Origin: Octopus vulgaris
Lineage: Eukaryota
Length of the DNA stretch: 64,000 bases
Direction: 5' to 3'
Assembly (NCBI GenBank): GCA_951406725.2
Contig: OX597824.1
Span: 25,544,001-25,608,000 of the forward strand
The position numbers and the translations under genes were made by a program. The notes under the pieces are model-generated. The model was not told where the DNA came from and made no database searches. It saw only the letters and a program-made list of their open reading frames with translations. This document shows, one piece after another, positions 27,931 through 41,737 of this stretch (positions within the stretch are counted from its first letter, which is position 1; each line of letters opens with the position of its first letter).

Positions 27931-28699
27931 CTGTGGTCCATATCCCGTTGTATTAGTATTGATATCACATCTCCTCTTCTCATTGAGCACAATCTTCGAA
28001 TTTCCCACTTCAAATTGTCGTAGTTGTTCAGTTTTTCTTCTTTCTCTTTGATCTTTTTGTTGTATTGTTGTGAACCAACGCGAATGTGATTGAATAGACA
28101 CGTGAATAAGAGTTTCCAACCGTAACCATTCCTATGTTTGTACATCGCAGTCTACATTGTTCAATATAGAATTCATTGTTTAACATTCATTTCAAATGTT
28201 GGCAAAAGGCCAGCAAGTTCAGGAGGGAGGGTAAGACGATTACATCGACCTTAGTGCTCAACTGGTACATATTCTATCTACCCGGAATGGGTGAAGTACA
28301 AAGTCGAACTCGGCGGAATTTGGGCTAAAAGCGTAAAGTTGAACGAAATGCTACTTAGCGTGATTCCGGTTCAGTTTTAATTTCTAGCAAATTAGTAACC
28401 TCGCAGAGTGTAGCCCATTAGATGGTTATCTTTAAGTGGTTAAGTTATTGTCTTTTCATACAAGCATGCTCTACTTAGTGGCAAAACAGGATGCTCTACA
28501 TAAGAATGTAAACATTTATATTTCACGGATGTTATTGATAATAAAAGAAATTTTATTGGAGGATAGCAATTATGTATGCATGAGCGTGTGCATAGATGTA
28601 TGTACACAAAGACCCAGACACATACACACACACACACACATAGGCATACATACTCATACGCGCACTCATATGCATACACGTGTGTGCTTATACAGAGTC

Positions 28700-28832
28700 G
28701 GAGAGAGTCTTAACTCATTTCTGTACGATGGATATTGTTGGTTCAGCTTTATAGTATTGTCATTGTTATCGAAGTAGCATTGCGTTCATTGTGCAGATCC
28801 ACAACCACAGAACGAACCGATTCAGGGTAAGT
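28700..28832 (+). promoter_or_regulatory. Putative GPCR 5'-leader exon module B (donor GT at 28827)
   Basis: Paralog of modules A and C; ends GATTCAGG|GTAAGT; upstream 28140-28640 aligns with 51520-51750 and 8630-8830. Confidence 0.6.
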
Positions 28833-29163
28833 ACCTTGTTAGTGTTTATTGTGTGTATTCAAAGCAGTTATCTTTTGTTTTACGAAAAAACATGGTGTGC
28901 ACAATTAATAATTATCCTCTGAAATACTCATTTACACTTTGCTTGTCCAAAGCATTTTCATAATTTTGTTCCAAACGTTCATGCTCGTTTTCAGACTTTT
29001 AATTAATCATTGTTTCATACGTTCTCAGTAATATAAAGCTTTCCTGTCATAAGTTAGTCTAGTGTTGAAAAGAATTGGCAATGTGTATTATATATGATGC
29101 ATTGGTGCTGGGAAGTATCTCCTGTATATTATCGGTGATATATAGAACGTATTAACCATATCC

Positions 29164-29205
<42 letters not shown>

Positions 29206-29221
29206 CATTATTATTATTATT

Positions 29222-29373
29222 ATTCTGTAGTTTTATTTTTATAGCGTGCTTTCATTTCACTACCGAGCGCAGCTCTGTGTGCCTTGGGTATGTGCTGTGA
29301 TTTGTTGTGATGCTCTGATGGTTATTGTATGGAAAGTGTTCTGCGTAGGATGTGTGCAGTGCCTAGTAGTGCA

Positions 29374-29412
<39 letters not shown>

Positions 29413-30712
29413 TGATGAAAACTCAGCTTATTTTACTGGATATGATGGGAAGTGTCAGATGTCCACAGCCAGCAGTCGAAGGTGACACTTATTTACTAGT
29501 CATGCTTCAAGAACCCTGCGAAGAATTTTTGCAGTTCCAAGCAATACTGATTTTTCTAAGTGTTCTACTTTTACATTTGTACCAATCTTTTTGAGCCATG
29601 CTGGTAGTTGAGTGCTGATACTTCCAAGTGCGCCTATTACTTTTAATATCACGTCTCCTCTCCCCATTGACTACAATCTTCGTATTTCCCACATCAAATC
29701 GTCGTAGTTGTTAATTTTTTTTCTTCCTCTTTGATCTTGTTATCACAGAGACATGCTATTTTGATTACCATGCAAGTCCTTCCATTTTTATTCACCACAA
29801 CAATGTCCGGTTTCCGATGTCTGGTTAGGTGATCGCTCTAGATTATTGCATCCCACGAGATTTTATAATCTTCATTCTCTGTGACCTCTTCTAGGGTTTT
29901 CTCATACCACGTAGGCTATGATTTCCACAGAGCTCTCAATAGATCATTCTTCCCACATTGTGATGTCGTCTTTTGTAATCGCGTTGTGCCAACTTCGGAC
30001 ATTCGCTGACGATGTGCCATTCCGTTTCACCCCTCTCACCATAAATTCTGAAAGTGTCGCTCTTGGTAGTGTTGTCGATTCTGCACTTCACTTAGTTAGT
30101 CCTTAACGCCTGTTCTTGTGATGCTAGAAACGTAAGAGCTTCTGTCTCTATCTTCAGGTTACTCTCCCTCATCCATAGCCACCGGTCTTCTCTATCTGTC
30201 TAAGCGCTCGTATCTCTTTCAAACGGACCATACGTTTTTTTTCTCCTTCGTGCTGCGTCTTTTTTCATTTTAAGTTTTTCTTTCTTTGCACAATTATCAA
30301 TTTTAATGACACCGGACTTCTTCATAGGTTTCAACAATGGTTCCACGGTAATTTTTACATACCACGCTAAACTGTTTTCCTCGGTTTCGATATAATCCTG
30401 GCAACTGATCAAACCTGGCTCACTCTTTCTTCTGGATAAGTACAACCTATCAATGTCACCCTTAGACTGGAAGGCTCCGAGCACTGTCAACATTTTTCTT
30501 GTTTTTGTATCCATGTTCATCAGCACTTTCCTTTGCCAGTTTCTGATTCCAGCTCCATGCCGAAGTGACGTCCATATATTAACTGCCTGGATTTTATTCT
30601 ATCAAGTCAATTCTGTGCGCCACGTCAATCTTAGTCTTCAGAAATATTTTTCCTCAGCTAATCTTTCATTTCCTTCTCCATGATTTCGTTAACTCTAGTA
30701 TGCCAAAGTACT
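29222..30712 (-). mobile_element. R4/Dong-type LINE fragments
   Basis: Dong 3'UTR reversed at 29222-29375 between (ATT)n; DTKTRKMLT..DIDRLYLSR motif further on. Confidence 0.7.
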
Positions 30713-31285
30713 TTTTTTTTAATGAATAATTAGGCCATTTTTTCCGGAACGTTGAATACAACATGGACAAAAAGCAAATTCGCACAATTTTCTTATTCCA
30801 GTTCAAGCTTGGCCCAAAAGCTGCTGAAACAGCTCGTGATATTAACGATGCGTTTGGCCCAGGAACCACTAATGAACATACAGCACAATGGTGCTTCAAG
30901 AAATTTCGTAGCGGTGATGAGATCCTTGAAGATGATAAGCGTAGTGGTCGGCCATCGGACGTTGACAACGATCAACTAAGAGCCTTAGTTGAAGCCAATC
31001 CACGCTCAACTGTTCGAGAGTTTGTTCTGAATTAGACGCAACGTCTACGACAATTTCCAACCACTTGAAAGGGACTGGAAAAACAAAAATACTTGAGAAA
31101 TGTAAGTCGCACGAATTAAACGACAACCAAAAAAGACGCCTTTTTGAAGTGTCGTCTTCCCTTCTTTTACGCAAAAAGAACGACCCGTTTCTCATCAGGA
31201 TCGTGACTTGCGATGAAAAGTTGACTCTTTACGACAACTGAAACGCTCAGCTCAGTGGTTGGACGCCGACGAAACTCCACACCAG
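30713..31285 (+). mobile_element. mariner fragment (Hsmar1/cecropia-like N-terminus)
   Basis: MDKKQIRTIFLFQFKLGPKAAETARDINDAFGPGTTNE..QWCFKKF, RSGRP, IVTCDEK. Confidence 0.85.
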
Positions 31286-31399
31286 ATTGTTCATTTACAA
31301 AGCCATGTAATAGAGGAAAGACAAAAAGAAAAAGGAAAAAAATAAAAGTGTATTATCAATATTATCATCTCTTTATCACAGGTTTTGTTGGAGCTCCTG

Positions 31400-32875
31400 G
31401 AGTCTTGCATACGTAGCGGGCATGCTACCTGCAGCCTACGGTATACCATGCCATTCGCTCTTTTCAGTTATCTTTCCTGATTATTCTGGCCGTGCCAAGG
31501 AGGCATATCTTTTGTAACAGTTCTATTGAGCACTCTATTCTAATTTCCTTTATATTCCTATTGATGCCTTCTGATACTGTTCCCAACGACCCAAAAATAA
31601 TTGGCACTATCTTCACCTTCTTCATTTTTTATTGCCGGGCTATAATCGTACTTAAGAGGATTGTATCTATGTATTTTTTCGTCTTGCTTCTTGACTACTT
31701 TGTGGGTCAAGGGGGCATGCAATATTAAATATATAGTACATGTGGTGCACCTTGTCCACCACTACTAAGTCCGATCTGTTATGTTCTAGCACCTGATCTG
31801 TTTGAAGTGAGAAATCCCAGCCGATTTTGTTAGTCTCCGACTCTACCTGTCTCTACGGTCTGTACTCATACCACGTCTCGCCTCTTTCTAGCCCCTCTTT
31901 TCGCACAGTTTCCAATGTAGCACTTTCGCATACTGGTCGTGTCACCACAACTTGTTGTGGTTTTGGGCAAATCTAGGGCATTCGTTCGCGATATAGGCAA
32001 TGGGTTCATCCACTCTATTGCAGATGCACACAGCGGAGACACTTGCTCATTCCTAATGTTGATCCCCCAGTTCGTGGTCAAAGCTTGGTCCTGCCCTGCC
32101 GGTATAGTGCTTTCAGTCTCTTTTTTTAAGGTTCCTTTCATCAGCCAATCCACGTATGTTTTGCCAGCTACTTATGTTGGGACTACATAGAATTGATTGC
32201 GTAGTCCCTTATTGCTAAATGCTTCTTCATGTCCTTTTTGTACTTCTTCCTATGTTTTTCCTTTTTTTTTCTGTTTTCAATACTTCCTCGTTTCTAACTG
32301 CCACTAGCAAGGTTTCCTTACTTTGACCAAAGTATCTCATTAATCTCTCGAGTTCGATACACACGCAGTCTTCCACACCTAGCAGTCCCCTTCCTCCATT
32401 TGCTCTCTTCATTTATAGGCGATCAGTGTCTGCACGGGAATGATAGACTCCATGCATCCTAAGGAGCTTGTTTGACTTCCTGCCCATCCCCTTTAGCTCC
32501 TCTTCTGCTCACTTCAGAATTCCAGCACCATAATTAGATACTGCGATTCCGTGCGAGTTTATTGCCGAAATTATGTTTCTGGCATTCAGCTTTGAAGTCA
32601 GTATTCTTCTCAATTGTTGCAGGTATTATCTTTTTGTCTTTTCCTTCATGTCGTGATGTTTGATTCCATCTGCCTCAAGTATTCCCATGTATTCATAGGT
32701 GGATTGAGGTTGAATTGCCTTCATCATTTCACCACTTGGTAGTTATATGTCTTCTATCCTGTCAAGCTACCTCGTCTCATCACCATCGTACCACATTTTC
32801 AGAGTCCAAATTCGATCTTAATATCATTGGTGAAAATCCGCACAGACTGGATTAGGGTGTCCCGTTCTGCATCAG
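31400..32875 (-). mobile_element. Degenerate R4/Dong-type LINE
   Basis: KRANGGRGLLGVED and LKKETESTI.AGQDQAL motifs on the minus strand. Confidence 0.7.
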
Positions 32876-32878
32876 CTG

Positions 32879-32922
<44 letters not shown>

Positions 32923-33460
32923 GAGTGAGAGAGCCGTGCATGCCATCAAATGATACTGGGTTACAAATATACGAAGCGCAGTATACCCATCATGACTACC
33001 CGTCTGATAAGGGTACACCAGGCACATGCATCACAACCATATGTGCGCGACATGGTGATCTCATATCAAGATAAACAGCGCATGACCTTGCATGTGGAAC
33101 CCAGTTAGAATTTTCTTCTGGTCGAGTAGCCCATCCCGCTCAAAAGGTCCCTGAATAAGGGTTGTTTAAAGATGTTGAACGAAACACCCATGTTTCCAGA
33201 GGTGAATTATTCAAACCCCAAAGAATCCCTCTCAACACATGGCTATGATGCTCCCCCACTACTTCTGCTCGTGATCAGAGATGCACATATCGTCAGCCAC
33301 TAAGGGACATGCTCAACTAGTTAAGGTCAAACAACTGACAAGCAAATCTGTGGTATTGAGCAGAATATTTGCTGTAGCCCATCTTTTATACCAAGACAAA
33401 ACATTGTACATGATAAGATCAGAAGCCATGAGAGCCACTGCCTAGTACTGCATCAGGGCA
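32923..33460 (-). mobile_element. Non-coding SINE-like element with (TAA)n tail (family C)
   Basis: Abuts (ATT)n at 32881-32922; second copy of one end at 1-70. Confidence 0.6.
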
Positions 33461-33599
33461 TCATCATCGTCGTCGTCGACCTGATCGGTTTGTATTTTGC
33501 TTTGTTATGTATTGCTTTACCTTGTATATTTCTTATTGTTACTATTTAAACAAACCGGTACCTTGGGCAACTGGTTACTTCTTTCCCATTTGTAGCCCT

Positions 33600-33953
33600 T
33601 GTGAGTTATTTTGGGATTTATTTGGATTACAACACACCCTCGCTAATATCAAAGATGGCGAACGAAAACCGTCCGTCCACTAAAAAGAACAGCGGGGTAA
33701 TCATAAGGCAGAACAGTCAAGTTGAACAAGTCAGCGACTGCCGTAGCAACAACAACAACAATAGCGCATGTGGAATGTATGAAAAGGAATTCCCCTTGCT
33801 TCTTTCCTCTTCTTTACCACCGCAGAAACTAAAAGAAGAAAATTATAAACACCAACAACACAAGCGAAAACACTACCATCTACACCGCTACCACCAGTAC
33901 CAGCAGCAGCAGCTGTAGTAGTAGTAGTAGTAGTAATAGTAGTAATAGTAGTT

Positions 33954-34017
<64 letters not shown>

Positions 34018-34880
34018 CAACGTCAGCAGCAGCAGCGATGGTGACAACAACGATAGCAAAAGTGTCAACAACACCAACAACACCAACAACACCAACCAAA
34101 ACGATGGCAACAACAACAGCAGCGACAGCAGCAACAACAGCAACAAAAACAGCAACAGTGATAGTGATATTACCAACAGCAAGAATACTTTCGCAACGGC
34201 AGCAGCCAAAATAAGACTACAACTCAGCCTAGACATCACAAATAAAGATGAAAAGTTGGCCGAAGCCTGGAAACTCATCAAATACGAGAAAACCTGGGCC
34301 AACCTAACGTTTCCGTCAGAGGCCATTGAAGCAGTGGAAAAAAGAACGGTGTTTTTCAGATGCATCTAAGAAAAGCAACTTTAATAGCACAAACAGATAT
34401 TGAAGCTGCGCTAACATGCATCAGGGATGACACCGAGTACATAGCGAGGAGCAGACAATACGGTATCATTTCAGTGCTTTTTAAATCAGAAGCCCTCGCT
34501 AAGAAGCACTCAAGGATCCCTTGCAAAACCAGCAAGATCATTATGTACCACTCCCACATGGGAAAAAGAACAGCACATGTCCGCATTCCCAGGATACAAC
34601 CAGGACTTAATATGTGGTATTTTCTGGGATGCATAATCGAGCAAGGATCAGATACCGTTCCGATAGAGGTGACAAAATCTGCCAGAGAGGACTGGTTCGG
34701 AGTTGACCTGGAGATACTTCTCCAGATCAGGCCACAATACATAAAAAGAATCTCGGTCCACATCCGTCTCCAAAATAGAACGGTAATACACATAATAACT
34801 GGGGGCAAAAATCCACATTGTTTTGTTTGTGGAGAAACAACCCATTTGTGCGCCTTCTGCTTTCAACTGATAAAAGGTAC
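33600..34880 (+). mobile_element. Tx1-like ORF1 remnant
   Basis: CFVCGETTHLCAFC knuckle; architecture resembles 14228-15204. Confidence 0.6.
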
Positions 34881-35069
34881 ATGGGATCTATATCTTCTGG
34901 AGAAGTTACCTCAATCCTTTATATATTAACCAAAATGAAGTAGATTGACAAAATCTACTTTTTTTTTTTAACCTGTTAAAGACACACGAGATGTTGAAAT
35001 ATCGTTCACTAGATGACAATGGCACTCTCCTTTTAATTTTGACTCTGTTGTAATTATTTTTATTATTAT

Positions 35070-35119
<50 letters not shown>

Positions 35120-35126
<7 letters not shown>

Positions 35127-35310
35127 CGTGTTAGCGAAGGCGGATGTATTGTTTTCGGTCGTCTTTGTTTGTCTGTCCGTAGACAAGATATCTCAAGAAA
35201 CGCTAAATAGATTCGGATGAAACTTTTAGGGATATTTGGCCTTGTGACTGGCACGAATTGATTAGATTTTGGGATCGATCCGGCACTGGACAAGGATTCT
35301 GGATTACGTT
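35120..35310 (+). mobile_element. DINE/Helentron-like non-autonomous fragment
   Basis: TACTTCCG..GGCGGATGTA inverted repeat followed by a GTTT/GTCT/GTCC microsatellite core; related piece at 35835-36000. Confidence 0.5.
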
Positions 35311-36984
35311 TTGTTATATTTACTTCACTTTAGACAAAATCTTTCAAATCTTTCTCTGATTATCTCCCTTGTGTTATATTATCTCCCTTATGTTATATTA
35401 ACTCCCTTATATTATATATTATACATACACATTAACACATTACAGTACACTTACATATATACCTAATTCTATATATCGATCTAAAACAACAGGAATACTA
35501 AAGGAAGGCCGAAATTGAAGAGGAGAGGTAACGAAAAGGTTTCATGCTTTAAACTTATTATCATTATTAATGTTTCTACTACTTTGTAACTATTTTGAAT
35601 AGCGAATTTGTTAACTTTGACTTGTATTAGATATGGCTAAACTATTTATTACTATTACTAAAATTTTCTACAGCTGCTTTGAGATGAGTCATCTATCTAA
35701 AAAATAATCAGTGTTTCAAAACTTTTACGTAATGACTTCCCAGGACTTATCGACATGTATGCGCTTAAGTCAAGTAAATATTTTCATTACCCAGACAATA
35801 AACACACAGAATTACAAACACGGTACCCCTACCGGACAGGTATCGGACAAGGATTCTGGGTTATTTTTCCAGTTTTTTTAAAATTTAATTTTTGAGAGCG
35901 GTCGGGTTCATTTTTAGTATTCTCTTTTGTGAGAGCAGTCGAGTGGATTTCAGATATTCTCATTTTAAGAATCATCCTTGGCTAATTGTTGAGAGGACGT
36001 CGGCGTCATTTGATTCCGAGCTATGTTAGAAGTGTGTCCGCTCCATGTGAGTTTTGTTGTATTGTATTGTTAATTTACTGAATTGTTGAACTGTTGGTGT
36101 TGTTGACTGGCTTTTACTTTTCTTCCCCATTTATGGGTGAAGTTATGAATGATACCGTCATAGAAAGTAAACCAGCGGGCAGTTATGCTGCGGTGACTAA
36201 CAAAGACATGTTAGTAGAGGTACTGCAGGCCCAAGAAATCGAATTAAAGAAGAATATAACGGTTTGCTGAAGAAGGAAGGGGACAGCCTAAGGTTGACGC
36301 CCCATAAAGAAATACTTGAAAAAAACTGAAAAAAGGACAATTATTTATAGAACGTTGAATGTGGCAATGAAAAAGTTGAAGTAGCATCGGAGGAAGCGGT
36401 AGAGGAATGTCTACGAGAGATAAAGGATATAATAACATATTACACCAGAGGAAAGAAATACAGCACAGTGGAGGTAATACACCACAGATGCTGGTGTGTT
36501 TACGTCCCCGTAACTTAGCGGTTCGGCAAAACAGACCGATAGAATAAGTACTATGCGTACAAAGAATAAGTCCTGGGGTCGATTTGCTCGACTAAGGGTC
36601 GATAGAACATATAATGTGTGGATATAATATGTGGATAGAACATATAATGCCTTCTTTTAGCTTTTTAGGAAGTTTACCACTTGCAAGGAAATTCTGGAAA
36701 AGTGTCTGAAGTGGTTTCACCAAATCCTGCTCACGTGACTTCAGGAGAATAGCTGGAAAGCCATCGGGACTAGTTGCTGAGCTTGAGCTTATTTCTTCTA
36801 TGTCCGCTGTTACATCTGTCTGCCCAATATTGATGTAATCGATGGTTGTCGCCTTCTTTTGTACAGTTGCAGTATTAAAGAATTTAGCCGTATTTTTCTT
36901 TATCTGCATGTGTTGCAGGAAGGAGGGGAGGGGATATATAAACATACATACATACATACATACATACATAATCCGGACCAACAA

Positions 36985-37594
36985 CCGGATTACTAACTCC
37001 CACTTTGAAGGAGATACGTTACAATTCTAGAACAGGGATTATCAGTCAACTACCTGATGCACAAAAAGGATAGAGATGCAGGAAAAGCAGTAAAATGTGA
37101 TAACCGATGCAGACTTTGTTGAGTTAATACCGAAGATATCACACACATTATGATGTTGTCAGAAAATGTCATCAGGGTTATCTACCGATGAGACATGACG
37201 TTGTATCTAGGACACTGTATAACGAGATCTGTCGAAAGGATATCCGCGAGGACAAAGGAATAAGAACTCATAGCCATAGCCACTCATAAGAAAAAGGAGT
37301 ACTGGTGAAATGTCCCAGTGAAACTTGAATAAAATTTAAACACAATAGACCTGATATAATGAATTGGGATAAAAAAGAGAAACAGTGGAAATCAACTGCC
37401 CAGCGGATGTCAACATAAAGCAAAAGATCAGTGAAAAGAGAACACCTACGCTGAACTAATGAGAAATTTGCAGTTACTCTATCCAGATTACAAGTGGAAG
37501 TTTATACCTGTAATCATTGGGGCACTGGGATGTAACACACTGCCTAAATACTAATCTTGAGAAATTAGGCTCCTCAAAACCAGAACTGAAACTG
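36985..37594 (+). mobile_element. RLE-LINE 3' fragment interrupted by mariner (resumes at 38816)
   Basis: CRLC, RHD and RPD remnants; related piece at 5165-5370(-). Confidence 0.6.
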
Positions 37595-38815
37595 TACGAG
37601 GGGTGTTCAATAAGTAATGCCCCTAACCCACTTCCCATTGCAGTAGAGCAACGAAACTTGGCACAGTTATTAGTCTTTTTCTACATAGGAACCACCCAGA
37701 GTTACGCATTTCTCCCATCGTTTGATGCAGCTCTGGAGACCGTTTTTGTAAAAGACTCCAGCTTGGTCTCCAACCAGGACGTGACTTCATAAATCAAGGC
37801 TGCATCATCTGGGAAACGCTTTCCTTTCAAAATCAAGTTCATAGCCGCACGCCTGTGCTTCTGATCTGGCGACACGCGAGTTGTGGACCGGAGCGTTGTC
37901 CTGCAGGAGGAGGATGCCTTTGCTGATCTTGCCTCGCCTCTTGATTTTGATAGCTTCTCTTAATTTCCTCAAAAATGAAGCATAATAGGCTCCTGTAATT
38001 GTGGTACCTTTTACCAGGAAATCTGTCATCACTACTCAGACCTGGTCCCAGAAGACTGTGAGCATGACCTTGCCAGCGGAGGGCTGCACCCTTGCCTTCT
38101 TTGGAGGAGGTGAGTCACGGTGCTTCCACTGCATTGACTGGGCTTTGGTCTCTGGATCATAGTGATGGACCCAGATTTCATCCTATGTAATCAGTCTTTT
38201 GAAAAATGTTGACTCATCTTCTTGGCACAACTCCGAATTCATCCTCGAGCACTCGACGCGTTCTTGCTTCTGGAAAGGTGTAAGCAACTTGGGAATCCAT
38301 CTGGCAGACACCTTTTGCATATGCAAATAGTCATGAATGATAGTTTCCACTGACCCGGTACTAATCTTGACCTCATGGGCTATTTGGCGAATAGTTATGC
38401 GTCAATCTTCCAAAATGGCAGCCTCAACTTGACGGACAGATGCCTCATCAATGGCAGAAGGGGGCGACCAGATCTGGGAGCTGTTTCCACAGAGTTCCGA
38501 CCATGTTTGAATTCACGATGCCAGCGTTTTACAAGGTCATATGATGGGGCATCATCACCATAAGTTAGTTTCATTTCATCAAAAGTCTCCCGTGGTGTGC
38601 GTCCTTTCAAATACAAAAACCGGATCACTGCTCGACACTCAACAGGCTCCATTTCACACTTGACTCAGTTCAAACACCTGTAAATCAGAAACCACAATTA
38701 GTTCAGAGCTGTAATTTGCCACTTAATCTATAGAGATATAAATAATTGCACATGCAAAATTTCAGCTAGATCAAACAAGTGTGTCAGGAGCATTACTTAT
38801 TGAACGTCCCTCGTA
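37595..38815 (-). mobile_element. mariner (irritans/Hsmar2-like) with TIRs; transposase pseudogene
   Basis: TACGAGGGGTGTTCAATAAGTAATGC / GCATTACTTATTGAACGTCCCTCGTA; ECRAVIRFLYLKG, VSARWIPKLL, QDNAPVH. Confidence 0.9.
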
Positions 38816-39139
38816 ACAATCTAAAACTTTCCAGATGTTTATCATTTAAGTACATACATGCATGTCTGCATATGCAACTATATGCATGAAAATAAATACA
38901 TAAAACAAAATATACAAATCTGCACACATACATATGTAGCAGAAATATTTAGTCACTGAAGGAGTGTAGTCACTGAAGGAATGCAGACAGCAACTTGCAG
39001 CTCCTCTTGCAAATCTCCGGAGGAAATCACTGGATGCCGATTTTATCCCTCAAAACCTTCTCTCCCAGTCAGTCGCTCCGATCTTTAAAAAGGGGAATAA
39101 CTCGTTCCCTGTAAACTACTCACCTCACATATCATCAAA

Positions 39140-40140
39140 GTAGTCCTCTTGGAAGATGCCTCTTCTGATTTCTATTGTCCCTAAATTTCTTCCATGTGCT
39201 GTCAGTTTCGTCCTCCAATTCGCCATACTTTTTCCAATCAATCGCTCAACATTCTATGCAATATCAATAAGTTCATATATTTCATAATCCAGGAATGCGG
39301 GATCATTCCGTAAGCCTTACAATAATCGATCAATGACATAGCTAAGTTACTTTTCCTCTTCTTGCACTCTCTAAGTACAGTTTTGTCTATCAGGAGTTGA
39401 TCCTTCGTACCTCTGCACTTACGCTGGCAACCCTTCTGCTCATGTGGCAGGACTCCATTTCTTTCTAGATGTCCGTACATTGACTCTGCGAGCATTCCAG
39501 TCAATAATTTCCGCATAAGTGGCAAGTAGTATATCGGCCTTTAATTGTCTACCGTATTGTCCTACCCATTGTCAACCACTCCGATGTTATTTGGTCGGCA
39601 TTTAACAATGTGCTGAGTTTTGCAGCTATTCGTACGACATTCACCAAATATTTTCCGTTTCTTTTAGCGATACATTGTCATCAATTGGGATTGATATGTC
39701 CACTAGGAGGCCCTTTTTGCCTTCTTCATGGTCTACGACAACTATATCGGGTCTATTATACTTGTCTTCTCTATTTCTATCCTACAGGAATTGTATTTCT
39801 GTTTTTTCATTAAGTGTTTTTGGTGGTTTCTGGTGGTGAGGCGTTGATCTTGTGCTGCATTTAAAAATCCTTCAGTCTCTGCTTTGAGACCTGAATTTCT
39901 CAACTAGCGTTGAGATTCTACTTTGTCTATTTTCTGTTTAGATGATCACAGCATTCGCCAAGTAAAAGCAGATATTGTTGCCTCTCCCTTGTATTTTTCG
40001 GCAGGAAACATTTTTTTCTTTTTATTTTGTTCATGCTTTGTGGTTATTTGTCTCAGTTTTCTTGGTTCTAAGTTAGCTATTTCTATAATTCTATGCTGAA
40101 TATTTTACGGTAGTTTTCTAGTTGTATAAGGCCTGTAATA
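39140..40140 (-). mobile_element. R4/Dong-type RT fragments
   Basis: [30 protein letters not shown]. Confidence 0.7.
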
Positions 40141-40330
40141 TTAAACCCGCGAAGGACAATCCTCGTCATGGCTGCAGTCCAATGACTGAAACAAGTAAAA
40201 GGTAAAGCGTAGTCTATGTAAGTTCAGTTCCTTTTACTTCTATTTTCTCTATGTTGTGTGTATATCTAAGTCCTAGAGTTTGATTATGAATTTGTCTACA
40301 CCAAAGTAATGATGGAGCTTGAGGATAATA

Positions 40331-40358
40331 TTCCTTATTTCTATTTTTTCCTATTCAG
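40331..40358 (+). promoter_or_regulatory. Splice acceptor of 5'-UTR intron of GPCR-2; exon starts at 40359
   Basis: Pyrimidine tract then TATTCAG|ATTGAACAGAGAAAAC, paralogous to 191-240. Confidence 0.75.
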
Positions 40359-40395
40359 ATTGAACAGAGAAAACACACCCCAAAATTGGAGAAGG

Positions 40396-41607
40396 ATGTC
40401 ATCATATACGAATTTAACAGACGGTACGGAGCATAATATCACCATCGAAGAACTCAACAGACAACAAGTTTTGATAAGACTTCCGTTTACTATTCTAATT
40501 ACATTAACTATGACCACGGGTTTGGTTGGAAATATCTTAACTATTTACGTTTATGGATTTCGTTTAAAATTTTCACCAACTTATTTCTTTGTCGTGATGC
40601 TAGCTTGTGCTGATTTGATAATATGTGCCTGTGTGACACCAGCTCGTATTGCCCAAAATATTTACCCTATGATGACAACCTGGGATACACTGTGTCAGTT
40701 CCATTTGTGTTTGGCAGTTTTCACAGGACTTTGTAACTATGGTTTTCTACTGGCCATTGCAGCAGAGAGATACAGAAAAGTATGCCAACCACTGAAGACT
40801 CAAATAAATATGAGAGCTGCGAAAATCATCACAGCCTGTATTTTTATTTTCTGTGCAATACAGGGATTTATGACTCTTCTTTACTATGGAAGTGTCAAGA
40901 AACCAACTAAATATTCTGGTATCTATTTATATTTTTGCTCAGCAAAGGACGACCACAATCCTAATTATTACCAACTTGCATTCTTTGGTTTATACAATCT
41001 CCTAGCAATGGTTACGATTGTTATTCTCTTTATTCTGTACACCATAATTCTTCGACGTATGAAGGTTATGGAGAAAACAAAATGTGTCAAATCACAACAA
41101 AATAGAAATAGTGCTACAAGCATTCCCTATCCCGATGAAATTCAACAGAAGTGGTTTAACATACCAAAAATTGTTGATTCTAATCGATTACCTTCGAATC
41201 TTTCTACAGAGGAAGTGGAATTATCTAATACCGACATTTCATCTAAAGTTTCCTCGGATGAAATATCAAAGGTATATACGAAAAGTACTGCGCCTCTTAG
41301 GGCTAAACTACGGGAAGCGAACAACGAAAGACGAGCAAAAGAACAAGCCGACAGGATAAAGCGTACCACTATAACGATGATGATGATTACTGTAGTCTTT
41401 ATAGTGACTTATTTGCCTAGCTTTGGCGCCATAATGATAAATTCGCTGATGAAGTCATTAAATACGACTTCGGCAACATCAATTTTGTATTGGTTCGCAC
41501 GACACAGTTTTTACATCGGTTCCTGTACAAATCCCATTATCTACAGCTGTAGGAACCAGAATTTTATAGACGAAATTAAAAAAATGCTCAGAGTGAAACA
41601 GAAATAA
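40396..41607 (+). CDS. Orphan class A GPCR, 403 aa, paralog of GPCR-1 (GPCR-2)
   Basis: Shares TIEELNRQQVLIR, GNILT, LAC.DL, WD.LC, ERY, PNYYQL, MMMIT, TY.P and NPIIYSCRN with GPCR-1. ATG at 40396 chosen because it aligns with ATG 262 and lies downstream of the acceptor. Confidence 0.93.
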   Translation: MSSYTNLTDGTEHNITIEELNRQQVLIRLPFTILITLTMTTGLVGNILTIYVYGFRLKFSPTYFFVVMLACADLIICACVTPARIAQNIYPMMTTWDTLCQFHLCLAVFTGLCNYGFLLAIAAERYRKVCQPLKTQINMRAAKIITACIFIFCAIQGFMTLLYYGSVKKPTKYSGIYLYFCSAKDDHNPNYYQLAFFGLYNLLAMVTIVILFILYTIILRRMKVMEKTKCVKSQQNRNSATSIPYPDEIQQKWFNIPKIVDSNRLPSNLSTEEVELSNTDISSKVSSDEISKVYTKSTAPLRAKLREANNERRAKEQADRIKRTTITMMMITVVFIVTYLPSFGAIMINSLMKSLNTTSATSILYWFARHSFYIGSCTNPIIYSCRNQNFIDEIKKMLRVKQK

Positions 41608-41706
41608 ATCAAAACAGTTAGGTCACATCAGTAAGAAATATGTAGGATACGAAAAGTTACGAAAATTTAACAGAAATTCCTCACCGATACACAGCTTCTT
41701 CTTCTT

Positions 41707-41737
<31 letters not shown>

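Noticed and set aside
33400-33460. Possible HDV-like ribozyme at the 5' end of family C
   Set aside because: I could not build the nested double pseudoknot by eye.
40309-40395. 29-aa N-terminal extension of GPCR-2 in the ORF track
   Set aside because: It reads through the polypyrimidine tract and acceptor; the paralog has a stop and a 1-nt length difference there.
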